The notes under the pieces were generated by a model. The model was not told the origin of the DNA, ran no database searches, and saw nothing but the letters and a program-made list of their open reading frames with translations. From positions 11,406 to 75,405 of the forward strand of contig CALXMA010000002.1 in assembly GCA_944389345.1 (NCBI GenBank): DNA of 64,000 nt. Reading direction: 5' to 3'. A program made the position numbers and the translations under genes. The DNA comes from an uncultured Alphaproteobacteria bacterium (lineage in GTDB: Bacteria; Pseudomonadota; Alphaproteobacteria; Rs-D84). This document shows, one piece after another, positions 27,257 to 37,446 of the stretch. Within the stretch, counting starts at the first letter, position 1; the number at the start of each line of letters is the position of its first letter.

Positions 27257-29029
27257 TTATATCAATTTTGCATCGCGTAATAACTGTTCCAGGTATGTTC
27301 CTTGGACGTATTTCATACCCTGGTGTTCCAATAATTTCAAAACCCACGGAACATCTATTTCACGCAACTTTTTCCCGTCGTTTAAGTAATATATGCTTTG
27401 CAACAGCATACGTATGTCAAAGCAAGAATCAAAGACTTCGGGTACGCCACGGTCAATATTCAACAGTGTATAGACCGCCTGCATTGCGGTGCGGACCGAA
27501 TATTCGGTTGTGAACACTGTATCGCGTTCGGTTTCTGCGTAATTGCCGATAAACGCCAAGTTTACCGAACCGTGCGGAACAACCAATGGTCGGTCCCCCA
27601 ACGCGCGTGGCATAAAATATGTCGTGATATACGGCATACGCGACGGTATGGTACTGGAACGATTATGTGCAATATCCGATATTTGTGATTCTGGGACACC
27701 GATATGATACAACCATTCCGCACATAATTCTGCGCCAGTACAATCGGCAATCTTTTTTTTGACATAATTCCCGTCTGTGTCAGACAACAAACCGTACGTC
27801 CAGACAACGATTTCATTCGGTTTTTGTGCGCGAAAATGCGGTTGACGGGAAATACTGAATCCGTATAACCAATTAGAATCTTTTATAGTTACGGGACCAC
27901 TGCTGACAATAGATCCACTGTGTGGATTCTTTTTACAGATTTTTTCTATGTATGGAACAACCGTATCGTCAAACAATGTAATCGTCGCAGATATTACCCA
28001 ATTCGCGTCTGGGATATTATCGCAGAATTTTTCAGGACGACCGAATTCCGGACTTTGTTTGGCCAGATTTTTCCACAACTGCCAAGAAGCCCCCAGTTCT
28101 GATGCCTGTTCGGCGGGCGTGTCGTTGTCGCCGTATGTCGTGCTTTCCGTTATGGAACCGTTTGTCACAAACACCAAATCATCCGGGGTCAGTTTTATTT
28201 CACGTTTACGCCCAGATTTTATCAGTTCTATTTTTTGGGCGATTTTTTTATTCTGTTTGCAATTTACGTCTATGTTCAAAACCGTCGTGTCAAAATGGAA
28301 CTTTACACCCTGGGATTCCAACCACCGCACCAATGGGGTTATCAAAGATTCGTACTGGTTATATTTAGTGAATTTTAACGCGGACATATCTGCCAGTTTC
28401 CCAACATGGTGGATAAAGCGCAAAATATAGCGACGCATTTCCATCGCACTGGACCATTTTTCAAACGCAAACATAGTTGCCCAATACAACCAAAAATTTG
28501 ATTCAAAAAATTCGGAACCGAATACCTGGTCTATTTGAACATCTTGCAATTTTTCTTCGGGTGTTAATGCCAAATCTATCAGTTCACGAATTGCCGTCGG
28601 TGTCAGTGTTAATTTGCCATCATTGCGCATACGATGCCCCCGACGTTCTATGGCGCGACAGTGCGAAAAACTGGGGTCGGATTTGTTCAACCAATAAAAT
28701 TCATCCAGCACGGATACATCCGGGTTTTCCAATGACGGAATCGAACGAAACAAGTCCCACAGGGTTTCAAAGTGCGCCTCCATTTCACGGCCACCACGGA
28801 TGATAAAACCGCGCTGGGGATTTTTTATGCCGTCCATACTGCCCCCGGCGATGGGTAATTCTTCGAAAATATGAATCTTGGAACCACGCATTTTGCCATC
28901 GCGTATCATAAACACCGCCGCCGCCAGTCCGGCCAATCCACCGCCCACGATATAGGCGGATTTTTTATTCGCATTTTCTGGGGGAATTGGTTTGGCGAAT
29001 GCTTCGTAATTACCGTTGCTGTAATACAT
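27257..29029 (-). CDS. ohyA: Oleate hydratase (MCRA family, FAD-dependent)
   Basis: The N-terminus is [14 protein letters not shown]...[21 protein letters not shown]...[27 protein letters not shown] precedes the ATG at 29029. Confidence 0.9.
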   Translation of the reverse strand: MYYSNGNYEAFAKPIPPENANKKSAYIVGGGLAGLAAAVFMIRDGKMRGSKIHIFEELPIAGGSMDGIKNPQRGFIIRGGREMEAHFETLWDLFRSIPSLENPDVSVLDEFYWLNKSDPSFSHCRAIERRGHRMRNDGKLTLTPTAIRELIDLALTPEEKLQDVQIDQVFGSEFFESNFWLYWATMFAFEKWSSAMEMRRYILRFIHHVGKLADMSALKFTKYNQYESLITPLVRWLESQGVKFHFDTTVLNIDVNCKQNKKIAQKIELIKSGRKREIKLTPDDLVFVTNGSITESTTYGDNDTPAEQASELGASWQLWKNLAKQSPEFGRPEKFCDNIPDANWVISATITLFDDTVVPYIEKICKKNPHSGSIVSSGPVTIKDSNWLYGFSISRQPHFRAQKPNEIVVWTYGLLSDTDGNYVKKKIADCTGAELCAEWLYHIGVPESQISDIAHNRSSTIPSRMPYITTYFMPRALGDRPLVVPHGSVNLAFIGNYAETERDTVFTTEYSVRTAMQAVYTLLNIDRGVPEVFDSCFDIRMLLQSIYYLNDGKKLREIDVPWVLKLLEHQGMKYVQGTYLEQLLRDAKLI

Positions 29030-29149
29030 AATCTCTCTCCTTTGTTTTATATTATGCACGCGATAATTTTATCCAAACGTGGTCCCATAAATAAACAGGA
29101 CCGTTTTCACAATTTGACATTTACGGTATAACGGGCATATAATGTGGGT

Positions 29150-29269
29150 ATGCAAAAGTTATTATTAGGATTTTTACTGGTTTCTGTATTAGTGGTGTCG
29201 GCATGCGGGGTGAAATCAGACCTGGTACGGCCGGACCCGTCATATCCGCGCAACTATCCAGTTTATTAA
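29150..29269 (+). CDS. Small lipoprotein (39 aa), LptM/YifL-like
   Basis: The protein is MQKLLLGFLLVSVLVVSACGVKSDLVRPDPSYPRNYPVY with lipobox VSAC. The promoter TTGACA (29114)-N18-TATAAT (29138-29143) places the predicted TSS at or near the ATG. This ORF is absent from the ORF track because it is under 60 aa. Confidence 0.5.
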   Translation: MQKLLLGFLLVSVLVVSACGVKSDLVRPDPSYPRNYPVY

Positions 29270-29285
29270 TATATTTTGGGATTTT

Positions 29286-29370
29286 TGGTGCGGGTGCAGG
29301 GATTTGAACCCTGATGGGTTGCCCCACTGGAACCTAAATCCAGCGCGTCTGCCAATTTCGCCACACCCGC
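29286..29370 (-). tRNA. tRNA-Leu (UAG), CCA encoded
   Basis: The reverse complement is GCGGGTGTGGCGAAATTGGCAGACGCGCTGGATTTAGGTTCCAG..., with a long variable arm and T-loop TTCAAAT. Confidence 0.9.
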
Positions 29371-29457
29371 GTATTTGCCATACTATGATAAAAAGTACTT
29401 GATTTCCAGTAAAATTTAACCTAAAATCCGTGTCAGCATAAACAAAGGTTTAATAAA

Positions 29458-29637
29458 ATGGCATCTAAGAAAGGCAGTAAAGAAGTTGTAAAGCTGGAAA
29501 ATAAAGAAACCGGCTATTTCTATACAACAACAAAAAATACTCGTTCGGAAAATACCGCGGGTAAAATGAAATTCCGCAAGTATGACCCGAAATTGCGCAA
29601 GCATGTCGTTATGACCGAAGGTAAAATGCCTCACTAG
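29458..29637 (+). CDS. rpmG: 50S ribosomal protein L33
   Basis: The protein is [59 protein letters not shown], which shows the L33 pattern (YTTTKN ... KYDP..RKHV). This 59-aa ORF is not in the ORF track. Confidence 0.85.
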   Translation: MASKKGSKEVVKLENKETGYFYTTTKNTRSENTAGKMKFRKYDPKLRKHVVMTEGKMPH

Positions 29638-29664
29638 GTTGGTTGTACGGCGATTTCAGTTTTA

Positions 29665-29696
29665 TAAAAAACGGTGTCAATTGACGCCGTTTTTTA
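29665..29696. terminator. Bidirectional intrinsic terminator
   Basis: The sequence is A6-CGGTGTCA-AT-TGACGCCG-T6, lying between rpmG and the convergent lipoprotein gene. Confidence 0.7.
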
Positions 29697-29714
29697 TACC
29701 CACCCATATCAGAC

Positions 29715-31016
29715 CTATTTTATCGAATTTTGTATTGAATTTTTCACACCAAACGACATATCCATTCTGACACCGTCGGGGCCTTCGTCCGCGGTGGCAA
29801 TGCCCGTGGCCTCAGACGGGATTTTGTTTTCCATGTTGGGGCCATAATAATTTACGTCCAGTGTCCCAGGTACGGTCGCGTGCATTAATACCTCGGACGC
29901 GAATTGGAAATCTGTGTCGTATGCGCCACCAGAAAAATTAGAAAATTCAAAATCTACATTACGTTCGCCGATGTCTGTCGTCGCATGAACCGTGTACCAA
30001 TTGTTCAAATACGCACTGAACGACAATGTGCCGTCCCGCTTATTCAGGTACATATCGGCCGTCCCAGATACTATTTTCGATTTTGGTCCGTCGTTGCCAC
30101 GATTTGTCGTGATTAACGCCGTTGCATTACCACCGAACCACATGTAATCATAACCGTCCGGAAATGCCACGTCCGCGACGTCTATTTTATGTGAATCATA
30201 TCCGCCCGCAAATACGCCATAGGTATATGAATTATGTGCGGTATCGTCCGCGTCAAATGTGGTATCTTTGATACGGTACGAACCAAAATCAGAATATGTT
30301 AATTCTTGATTATTACTGATATATTCAAATTCCCGGGTTGTGTCGCCGTTTTGGTATTCAAAATTTTTGTATTCTGTGGGATTACCGCCGTCCGCATCGG
30401 CCATGGTTATCCCGGTTATCAACCCCGTAGAATCATCAACTGTTAACGTTAATTTATGATTGTCCATTGTCATCATATTCGCGTTATTCGCCGTCAAGAC
30501 AATCGCATTTTCATTAAATTCGTCCGAAATCGCATCGAATACCCCACGATTTTTATCGCGCCACTGGACAAAACAACGCGCGGAATTTGTCCCGGAATCA
30601 AAGCAAGAATTCAACGCATTATTTATTGCGTATACCGCCATGTGGAACAATTCCGGTGTGTCCGCAAAATGGTCTTCTATGTCATATTCCGTCAATTCTG
30701 GGTCCATCAAATACAGTGCAGAATTCGCAATGTCCAGGCGATTTATTCCCGCCCCAACATCTGGATTAAATTCGTCCCATTCGTTTAATCTGTAATTTAT
30801 ATAATCCACAACCTGGGCATTATTACGCGAATACATATGTGTGATTCTGTTATTAGATTCAATCGTGCGATAATTCTGGGTTTCGGAAAAATCCATGGTC
30901 GGGTTCAATGGACCGTTTTCATATATATCAGACCCCAGCGGGTACGTCGGCGAATCTGAATTCGTACATCCAACCAACATCACAACCGCCAAAAGCATCC
31001 ACCAAGATTTATACAT
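29715..31016 (-). CDS. Surface-lipoprotein-like protein (433 aa) with a TbpB/fHbp-like C-terminal segment
   Basis: It has the lipobox LVGC. The C-terminus is YYGPNMENKIPSEATGIATA...MDMSFGVKN. It is a paralog of the neighbouring gene. Confidence 0.5.
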   Translation of the reverse strand: MYKSWWMLLAVVMLVGCTNSDSPTYPLGSDIYENGPLNPTMDFSETQNYRTIESNNRITHMYSRNNAQVVDYINYRLNEWDEFNPDVGAGINRLDIANSALYLMDPELTEYDIEDHFADTPELFHMAVYAINNALNSCFDSGTNSARCFVQWRDKNRGVFDAISDEFNENAIVLTANNANMMTMDNHKLTLTVDDSTGLITGITMADADGGNPTEYKNFEYQNGDTTREFEYISNNQELTYSDFGSYRIKDTTFDADDTAHNSYTYGVFAGGYDSHKIDVADVAFPDGYDYMWFGGNATALITTNRGNDGPKSKIVSGTADMYLNKRDGTLSFSAYLNNWYTVHATTDIGERNVDFEFSNFSGGAYDTDFQFASEVLMHATVPGTLDVNYYGPNMENKIPSEATGIATADEGPDGVRMDMSFGVKNSIQNSIK

Positions 31017-31047
31017 ATGTCCCCCGCAATAAATTTTTATGCGAACA

Positions 31048-32229
31048 TTATTTCCGTGCACCAAACGCAACGTCCATATTTATACCACTGGCGTCATTTT
31101 TGTATTGGACCAGACCCGTGGCCTCGGACGGGGTGCCGGTTGATGGGTTCGCACCATAATATCCTATATTCATATTTGCGGGCGCGTTGTCAACGCCATC
31201 GGGCAATTTGAATTCATCCGTGCCCTGGTAATTAGAAAACCCGATATTTGTATCCGTTGCATCTATGTTTTGGTTGACCGTGATTTTATACCAATTTGCA
31301 AATGTCGCCGTCAGTGTAGAATCACCCGTTTCGTGATTAAATGTCAAAGATGCACGATCGTCACGAACATCCAAGTTGTCCGTCGCATTTGATACCGCAC
31401 CAACCGCGACACCCGAAAATTCCAAATCTGTGCCAATATCTGTGGTGGCGATACGTTTCTGGTCGTAACCACCCGCGAATGGAATATTACGCGTTATTTC
31501 GTCGCCTGTCTGAATCTGGTACACACCAAAATCAGAATACGACAACCCCGGCAGACCCGTGTCCGCATCCATAACCGCGGATTTATATGTCAATGTGGAG
31601 GTACCATCCGAAAACGTTGAATCGCCAACACGTGCATAGGTTGCATCACGTGTCGAAATACCCGTGATTTTTCCGTCGGCATCCAATGAAAACTGAACAT
31701 AATCCGTGCCGTCCGTTGTGGTGTTAAAATGCACAGACCCGATATCCAACGCATCCGCACGCGCACGCAATTCGGTCAGACGCGACGCCAAAACCGATGC
31801 GTTATCCGTACGCCATTTATCAATGCACGACGTAATGTCGCCCGTATCACCGCACGACGTGAACAAATCCGAACTGACCACGTACATGGCGGCATCAATC
31901 ACGCCGTCCGACGCGTCCAGATTCTGGTTTCCGTCGGCAATTGCCAACGCCGTACGCGCAATTTCACCCATATCCAGGCCCGTTGTATCCCCAGAAAAAC
32001 CGCGTAATTTATTTTGCACATAGGCAGAAATCTGGGTATCCCCCAGCGCAATCATCATATTAATTTTTTTATTACTGTTGCCGATTGGGTCTATGAATCT
32101 GTTTTGGTCCGGTTTCATATCGCCATAACCATCACACGTTCCATCCGGCCCAACACACGTTGGTGTTCCGCCGTCATTACACGCCACCAGTAATGCCATA
32201 AACATCAACAAATATGGAAAACGCTTCAT
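31048..32229 (-). CDS. Surface-lipoprotein-like protein (393 aa), paralog of 29715-31016
   Basis: It has the lipobox LVAC. The C-terminus is GYYGANPSTGTPSEATGLVQY...NMDVAFGARK. Both paralogs share the internal motif LTYSDFG.Y...../FAGGYD. Confidence 0.5.
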   Translation of the reverse strand: MKRFPYLLMFMALLVACNDGGTPTCVGPDGTCDGYGDMKPDQNRFIDPIGNSNKKINMMIALGDTQISAYVQNKLRGFSGDTTGLDMGEIARTALAIADGNQNLDASDGVIDAAMYVVSSDLFTSCGDTGDITSCIDKWRTDNASVLASRLTELRARADALDIGSVHFNTTTDGTDYVQFSLDADGKITGISTRDATYARVGDSTFSDGTSTLTYKSAVMDADTGLPGLSYSDFGVYQIQTGDEITRNIPFAGGYDQKRIATTDIGTDLEFSGVAVGAVSNATDNLDVRDDRASLTFNHETGDSTLTATFANWYKITVNQNIDATDTNIGFSNYQGTDEFKLPDGVDNAPANMNIGYYGANPSTGTPSEATGLVQYKNDASGINMDVAFGARK

Positions 32230-32333
32230 AGTCTGCCCCCTTTCGTTAATAGTATTCTAGAAAGTTTGGCATTATTAAACAAGCAAATTTTTTAACACAA
32301 AAAGGGCGCGGAACAAAATCCCGCGCCATATAA

Positions 32334-34565
32334 TTACCGCCCGAATTTTCCACTGCGTGGAAAACCAACAGGAACGGTTCGGCCCTGGGACGCGCGACGT
32401 CCAACCCACGGTTGCCAATCATCCAGTCGGGTTGTGCCCCGCCCCGTTGTCCAACCAAAACCGTCAGCGTTATTAAAGAACATAACATCCAAAACATATG
32501 TGCGTTCAGCATTATATTTTTGCAGAATCACACCCTTGCCACGGGTCATTTCTGGGATTTCAGATACCGGGAATATCAACAATTTATCATTGGACCCAGA
32601 CATCGCAATCATATCGCCCGTCACACGCACGCACATTATCGCAGGATTACGTTCATCTGTATTCATAACCTGTTTTCCGGTACGCGTCTGGGCCAAGCAG
32701 TTTTCACCCGACACCATAAATCCCGTACCATGACGTCCAACCAACAAATATTTTGCAGATGTATCCAGCACGAATGCAGAAACGATGTTTTCATCCGCAC
32801 CAATGTCCGCCATCATTCGCACAGATTCACCAAACCCGCGCGCCGACGGTAATTCGTTCGCAGACAGTGTAAACATTTTTCCACCACTGGCGAATAAATT
32901 AACCTTGTCCGTTGACATGGCATGGAATGCGAATTGCAATTCATCACCTTCTTTGAATTTCAAATCCAGGTTATTTATGTCCAAGTGCCCCTTGGCCGCG
33001 CGAATCCAACCCATTGTCGACAAGATAATTGTCAAAGGTTCTTTTTCAATAAATTCATCCGTATTAACGACAATATCTGTGGTTTGTGGTACCCACTGGG
33101 TCCGACGACGACCCAACGTCGTTTTTTTGTCATAGCGTTTTTTTATGTCCGCAAACCATGCCTTTAACTGGTCATTTTGCATTTCCGGACTGGCCAACAA
33201 TTCGCGCAGATTTTTCTGTTCCGCCAACAATTCCGCATCTTCGCGACGAATTTCCATTTCTTCCAGTTTGCGCAACGAACGCAGGCGTGTGTTTAATATC
33301 GCCTCTACCTGAATATCCGTCAGTTTGAATTCAGAAATCAATACCGATTTAGGATCGTCTTCATTTCGTATGATTTCTATGACGCGGTCCAGATTCAAAT
33401 ATACGATTAACAATCCGCCCAATATTTCCAAACGACGTTCTATGTTCCCCAGTCGCCAATTCGTACGACGTATTAAAACATTTTTCTGGTGCGCAATAAA
33501 TTCACGTAAAACATCCCCTATGCCCATAACACGCGGAACGCCACGCGAATCAATCACGTTGAAATTCATATTGAATTTATATTCCAAATCCGTCATCGCA
33601 AACAAGTGCGCCATCATCTTGTCCGCGGGGACATTACGACTTTTAGGCGTAATGACAATGCGAATATCAGTTGTGGATTCATCAGAAATATCATCAACCA
33701 ACGGCAATTTTTTCGCATCTATCAGATTGGCGATTTGTTCCACCAATTTAGATTTTATTATACCGTATGGGATTTCGGTTATAACAACCTGTTCCGCGCC
33801 ACGGTCCAGTTTTTCTGTTTCCCATTTCGCACGAATGCGAAACGCGCCACGGCCGGTATCATAATTTTTTACAATTGTTTCAAAAGAATCAGTCAATATT
33901 CCACCCGTTGGAAAGTCGGGCCCAATCATTTTCTTCATAATCTGGGCCGTGGTGGCGTCCGGATTATCCACAACCAGTGTTAATGCATCACAAACTTCGG
34001 CCACGTTGTGGGTCGGAATATTGGTTGCCATACCAACCGCAATTCCCATTCCGCCGTTCGCCAACAGGTTCGGAAACGCCCCCGGCATAACCACAGGTTC
34101 CGTGGTCGTACCATCAAAGTTTGGCATCATATCAACACTGTTTTCATCGATACCTTCCATAATCAGCATCGCGGCATCGGTCATCTTGGATTCAGTATAA
34201 CGATACGCCGCCTGGGGGTCGCCATCTATGTTTCCAAAATTACCCTGGCCATCAATTAACGGATATCGAACGGAAAAATCTTGGGCCAATCGAACCATCG
34301 CGTCATATACAGAAGAATCACCGTGCGGGTGGTAATGCCCCAGCACGTCCCCAACAACCGTCGCACATTTACGAAATGCCGCCGATGGGGATAATTTCTG
34401 GCGCAACATAGAATATAAAATACGACGATGTACGGGTTTTAACCCGTCACGAACATCAGGCAATGCGCGGGATACAATCGTACTGACCGCGTATGACAAA
34501 TACCGTTCAGACAACGCGTCTGATAATTGTTGACTGTCTATTCTTTCGATAATTTCTTTACTCAT
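32334..34565 (-). CDS. parC: DNA topoisomerase IV subunit A
   Basis: The sequence is [30 protein letters not shown]...[20 protein letters not shown]...AAYRYTE, with the catalytic Tyr context visible. No GyrA box is seen. At about 743 aa, the ATG at 34565 is preferred over the track start. Confidence 0.85.
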   Translation of the reverse strand: MSKEIIERIDSQQLSDALSERYLSYAVSTIVSRALPDVRDGLKPVHRRILYSMLRQKLSPSAAFRKCATVVGDVLGHYHPHGDSSVYDAMVRLAQDFSVRYPLIDGQGNFGNIDGDPQAAYRYTESKMTDAAMLIMEGIDENSVDMMPNFDGTTTEPVVMPGAFPNLLANGGMGIAVGMATNIPTHNVAEVCDALTLVVDNPDATTAQIMKKMIGPDFPTGGILTDSFETIVKNYDTGRGAFRIRAKWETEKLDRGAEQVVITEIPYGIIKSKLVEQIANLIDAKKLPLVDDISDESTTDIRIVITPKSRNVPADKMMAHLFAMTDLEYKFNMNFNVIDSRGVPRVMGIGDVLREFIAHQKNVLIRRTNWRLGNIERRLEILGGLLIVYLNLDRVIEIIRNEDDPKSVLISEFKLTDIQVEAILNTRLRSLRKLEEMEIRREDAELLAEQKNLRELLASPEMQNDQLKAWFADIKKRYDKKTTLGRRRTQWVPQTTDIVVNTDEFIEKEPLTIILSTMGWIRAAKGHLDINNLDLKFKEGDELQFAFHAMSTDKVNLFASGGKMFTLSANELPSARGFGESVRMMADIGADENIVSAFVLDTSAKYLLVGRHGTGFMVSGENCLAQTRTGKQVMNTDERNPAIMCVRVTGDMIAMSGSNDKLLIFPVSEIPEMTRGKGVILQKYNAERTYVLDVMFFNNADGFGWTTGRGTTRLDDWQPWVGRRASQGRTVPVGFPRSGKFGR

Positions 34566-34912
34566 GGCAAGACAGAATTTATAACATTTGCAAAAAAATA
34601 ACAACTGAAAAAAGTGCCCCAGATTTACGTAAAAATCGTAAAAATTACAAAAAATTGCATTTTTTTTGTATTTTTTACTTGAAATTCCAATTTTTATCAT
34701 TATATGTATATACAACTTTGGTTCCCCTGTGCGGGGCGGGCTGTCCAAAAGATATGGGCAAGTCGGGGTATCGCCACGGTATTTTAGGCGGTATTTGAAT
34801 GTACGTCGCAGATTGCTCTGCTGTGACGAACCAATCAAACAAAATGAACAAGGTATAAATTCGCAAACCGGCAAGTCCGGTCTGTTGATTTGATTGCAAA
34901 GAGAGGTATAAA

Positions 34913-35689
34913 ATGAGTTTTAATCGCACTTTTCCGTACTTTTTAACCAGCGCGGCTATGTTTTTTTCGACCGGTACACCGTTAAGTTCCAGTGTCAAAA
35001 GTTCTGGTGGTGTAATGGCAAACAAGTTCGTGCCGACGGCGCGTGTGGTTAACGTTCATCCTGACATCAGTCCGAACGATAGCCATAACGCAGATGCAAA
35101 ACCCGTCGCAGATGTAGTTATTGCCGAACATGTTATCCAGGCAATTGCACATAATAAGTATGATGTTGTATATACACGCGCGAACGGAAAACGCTTTAAG
35201 CGCAGTGGTGGTACACGCGCATGGCGCAATAATAACCCGGGATGCTTGCGGTATTCTGATTTCACAAAACAGTTGGGCGCCGTTGGTCGGGCCGGCGGTT
35301 TTGCCGTGTTCCCAGACGAAGAAACCGGTGCACGCGCAATTGCCACCCTGTTGCGGTCCGATGCGTACAGAAATCTGACCATGGCCCAGGCCATATATAA
35401 ATACGCACCGCCACACGAAAACAACACCAGAAACTATAACGCCAGACTGCGTGAAATGACCGGTTTGTCGTCATCTATGCGTATACGCGATATGAATGAC
35501 GCGCAATTGGCCAAAGTGGTCCAGGCCATCCGTGTTGTCGAAGGTTGGCGCGAAGGTAAAGAAATCGCCATGGCGTCTATTGAAATGCCAAAGCGCGAAA
35601 CAAAACGCGATACTATTAACTTTCAGGACGCTTTGCGCGACACAACAACGTTGATTGCCAATAATTTGGCCGCGCAACGTACACGTTAA
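34913..35689 (+). CDS. Hypothetical protein carrying a conserved [12 protein letters not shown] domain
   Basis: Residues 85-217 align with residues 234-362 of the 37447-38568 product. I cannot name the family with confidence. Confidence 0.5.
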   Translation: MSFNRTFPYFLTSAAMFFSTGTPLSSSVKSSGGVMANKFVPTARVVNVHPDISPNDSHNADAKPVADVVIAEHVIQAIAHNKYDVVYTRANGKRFKRSGGTRAWRNNNPGCLRYSDFTKQLGAVGRAGGFAVFPDEETGARAIATLLRSDAYRNLTMAQAIYKYAPPHENNTRNYNARLREMTGLSSSMRIRDMNDAQLAKVVQAIRVVEGWREGKEIAMASIEMPKRETKRDTINFQDALRDTTTLIANNLAAQRTR

Positions 35690-35727
35690 AACGCAAAATA
35701 AAAAAACGCGCATTTCGCGCGTTTTTT

Positions 35728-36003
35728 TTAACCTATTTTATTCTTGATTTCACGAATTCGGGCCAATATTTCCCGTAAATCGGCATCCGTCACAGATGGC
35801 GCGGGGCGATTGTGAATTTCATCCGCCAAAACAATGCACAATGTCGCCAATAACGCATTTTCTGGCAACGGACCAATCTTATCCAGAATTTCGCGCGCAC
35901 GCGCATCAACCATTTTACCCAATTCTATCAGACGGGATTCTTGACCGTCTTCGCATCCCATTGGATAGTTCTTGTTCACAATCGGTATTGATACAACACT
36001 CAT
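35728..36003 (-). CDS. zapA: Cell division protein ZapA
   Basis: The sequence VSIPIVNKNYPMGCEDGQESRLIELGKMVDARAREI... matches the ZapA pattern. Confidence 0.65.
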   Translation of the reverse strand: MSVVSIPIVNKNYPMGCEDGQESRLIELGKMVDARAREILDKIGPLPENALLATLCIVLADEIHNRPAPSVTDADLREILARIREIKNKIG

Positions 36004-36209
36004 TTCAAGTTCTTTAATATTGATATTGATTTATCTATCATTTCCGTTGCCGTGGCATTGCGTTCGCGCAATGTGCGTACCTGTTCTGTCAGGATTGCAA
36101 CCTCTAAATCCGTTTGTTTTCCCGCATTTATTGCCACAGAACGCAATTTCGCAACCGCGTCATCCAATGCGGACAGTTCTTGGAAAATCTGTTGTTTTAT
36201 GTCAGACAT
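36000..36209 (-). CDS. Small coiled-coil protein upstream of zapA (DUF4164/ZapB-like)
   Basis: It is a 69-aa heptad-rich protein. Its stop overlaps the zapA start by 4 nt. Confidence 0.45.
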   Translation of the reverse strand: MSDIKQQIFQELSALDDAVAKLRSVAINAGKQTDLEVAILTEQVRTLRERNATATEMIDKSISILKNLK

Positions 36210-36292
36210 ATTTCCAGTTTAAGATATTTTTTGCATGCGTTCAACACCAAAATGTGATATAATGTTCGCATCTGGTGGGGGGATTTGTTCCA

Positions 36293-37426
36293 ATGAAGAC
36301 TAAAATCATATACATTTCCGGTAATGAAGTATTTGATATGGCGGATATTCGCGTCGCTTTTGAAGAGGTCAGACGTACATTGGGTCTGGGACGCGATACG
36401 ATTATGTTCGGCGTGCCTGTCGATAATGATGACGCGTTGGCCAATGGTGCAAATGCCACCGAAACCGATGACTGTACGGTTTCATCGGCCATGGTCGCGG
36501 ATGACAATATTTACAACGACGATAACGACATTGTCCCAGAAATTAATAATAATGACACCGTCGTCGCAAATATTGATAATCCCCAAATTGAACAGCAAAA
36601 TACACCAGATGATGAAAATACAGACATTGTGGACACAGACGATAATTCGGACATGGTTGCCCAGGTGATTGATATTAATGAATTGGCCACGATGACATCT
36701 GATAAAACGGCGGATCTTATCACCGACCAGGTGGTCGATACAGAAATCTCAGAACCAGAAATGCCAACACCAGATACAGAAATTTCCAAGGCTGAGGGCG
36801 ATGATGCGCCCGCGGACCGGGTTATTCCAATATTGTCTGTGTTGGCCGGTAAAAAGGCAGAAGTGCCACAACCCCAGGTGGACGATGTCGTCGTTGACGA
36901 TGTACCGGAAATGGATGTGGACGTTATTGAATCTGAACAGGTCGTGACGGAAATGCCATCTGATGACGATGTTATATCCGACAATACGGACGAAATCAAA
37001 GAAAGTCTGGATGACGACGTAATTGACACGGATGCCCCGGTTGCCCCAATGGAAAAAACATTGGAACAATTATTGGAAAGCATGACGCCCCTGCGCGAAG
37101 ATGTTATCGAAGAACACCAGGCCCAGGATACCACCCAAGATAATCCCGCCGACATAGAAGAAATAATGGGGGCGGATACACTGGACACGGATGCAACACT
37201 GGAAAAACTGGCTGCGGAATTTGCCGAAAACCGCGATAAAATTCAATCTGCGCCAAAGGGCGAAGGACACAGCAAAATTGGTAAACTGAAAAACATTTTG
37301 CCGTTCAAAAAGGCCAAACGCGATGATACGGGTCTGATGGGCGATTTGTTCGGATGGGCCGGTGTTGCCGCAAATGATGATGATTTCGCAATGCCTGGGT
37401 TCTTTACAGGAACCACAAAAAAATAG
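36293..37426 (+). CDS. Highly acidic low-complexity protein with structured N- and C-termini
   Basis: The N-terminus is MKTKIIYISGNEVFDMADIRVAFEEV. A long D/E/T/V-rich middle follows. The C-terminus is LMGDLFGWAGVAANDDDFAMPGFFTGTTKK. Confidence 0.45.
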   Translation: MKTKIIYISGNEVFDMADIRVAFEEVRRTLGLGRDTIMFGVPVDNDDALANGANATETDDCTVSSAMVADDNIYNDDNDIVPEINNNDTVVANIDNPQIEQQNTPDDENTDIVDTDDNSDMVAQVIDINELATMTSDKTADLITDQVVDTEISEPEMPTPDTEISKAEGDDAPADRVIPILSVLAGKKAEVPQPQVDDVVVDDVPEMDVDVIESEQVVTEMPSDDDVISDNTDEIKESLDDDVIDTDAPVAPMEKTLEQLLESMTPLREDVIEEHQAQDTTQDNPADIEEIMGADTLDTDATLEKLAAEFAENRDKIQSAPKGEGHSKIGKLKNILPFKKAKRDDTGLMGDLFGWAGVAANDDDFAMPGFFTGTTKK

Positions 37427-37446
37427 GCGTGTTCGTATGAGTCCCA

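Noticed and set aside
34566-34874. The 103-aa N-terminal extension of parC in the ORF track.
   Set aside because: It lies in an AT-rich, low-complexity region. Conserved ParC sequence starts at MSKEIIERI (ATG at 34565).
34715-34900. A possible structured leader or riboswitch upstream of the 34913 gene, with hairpins CCCC-TGTGC-GGGG and ACCGG-CAAGT-CCGGT.
   Set aside because: I recognise no riboswitch consensus, and two short hairpins alone are insufficient evidence. It may simply be a 5' UTR.
36511-37188. A 225-aa Ser-rich minus-strand ORF opposite the acidic protein gene.
   Set aside because: It is the mirror-frame product of the acidic repeat region. The plus-strand ORF is longer, has non-repetitive termini and is co-oriented with the downstream operon.
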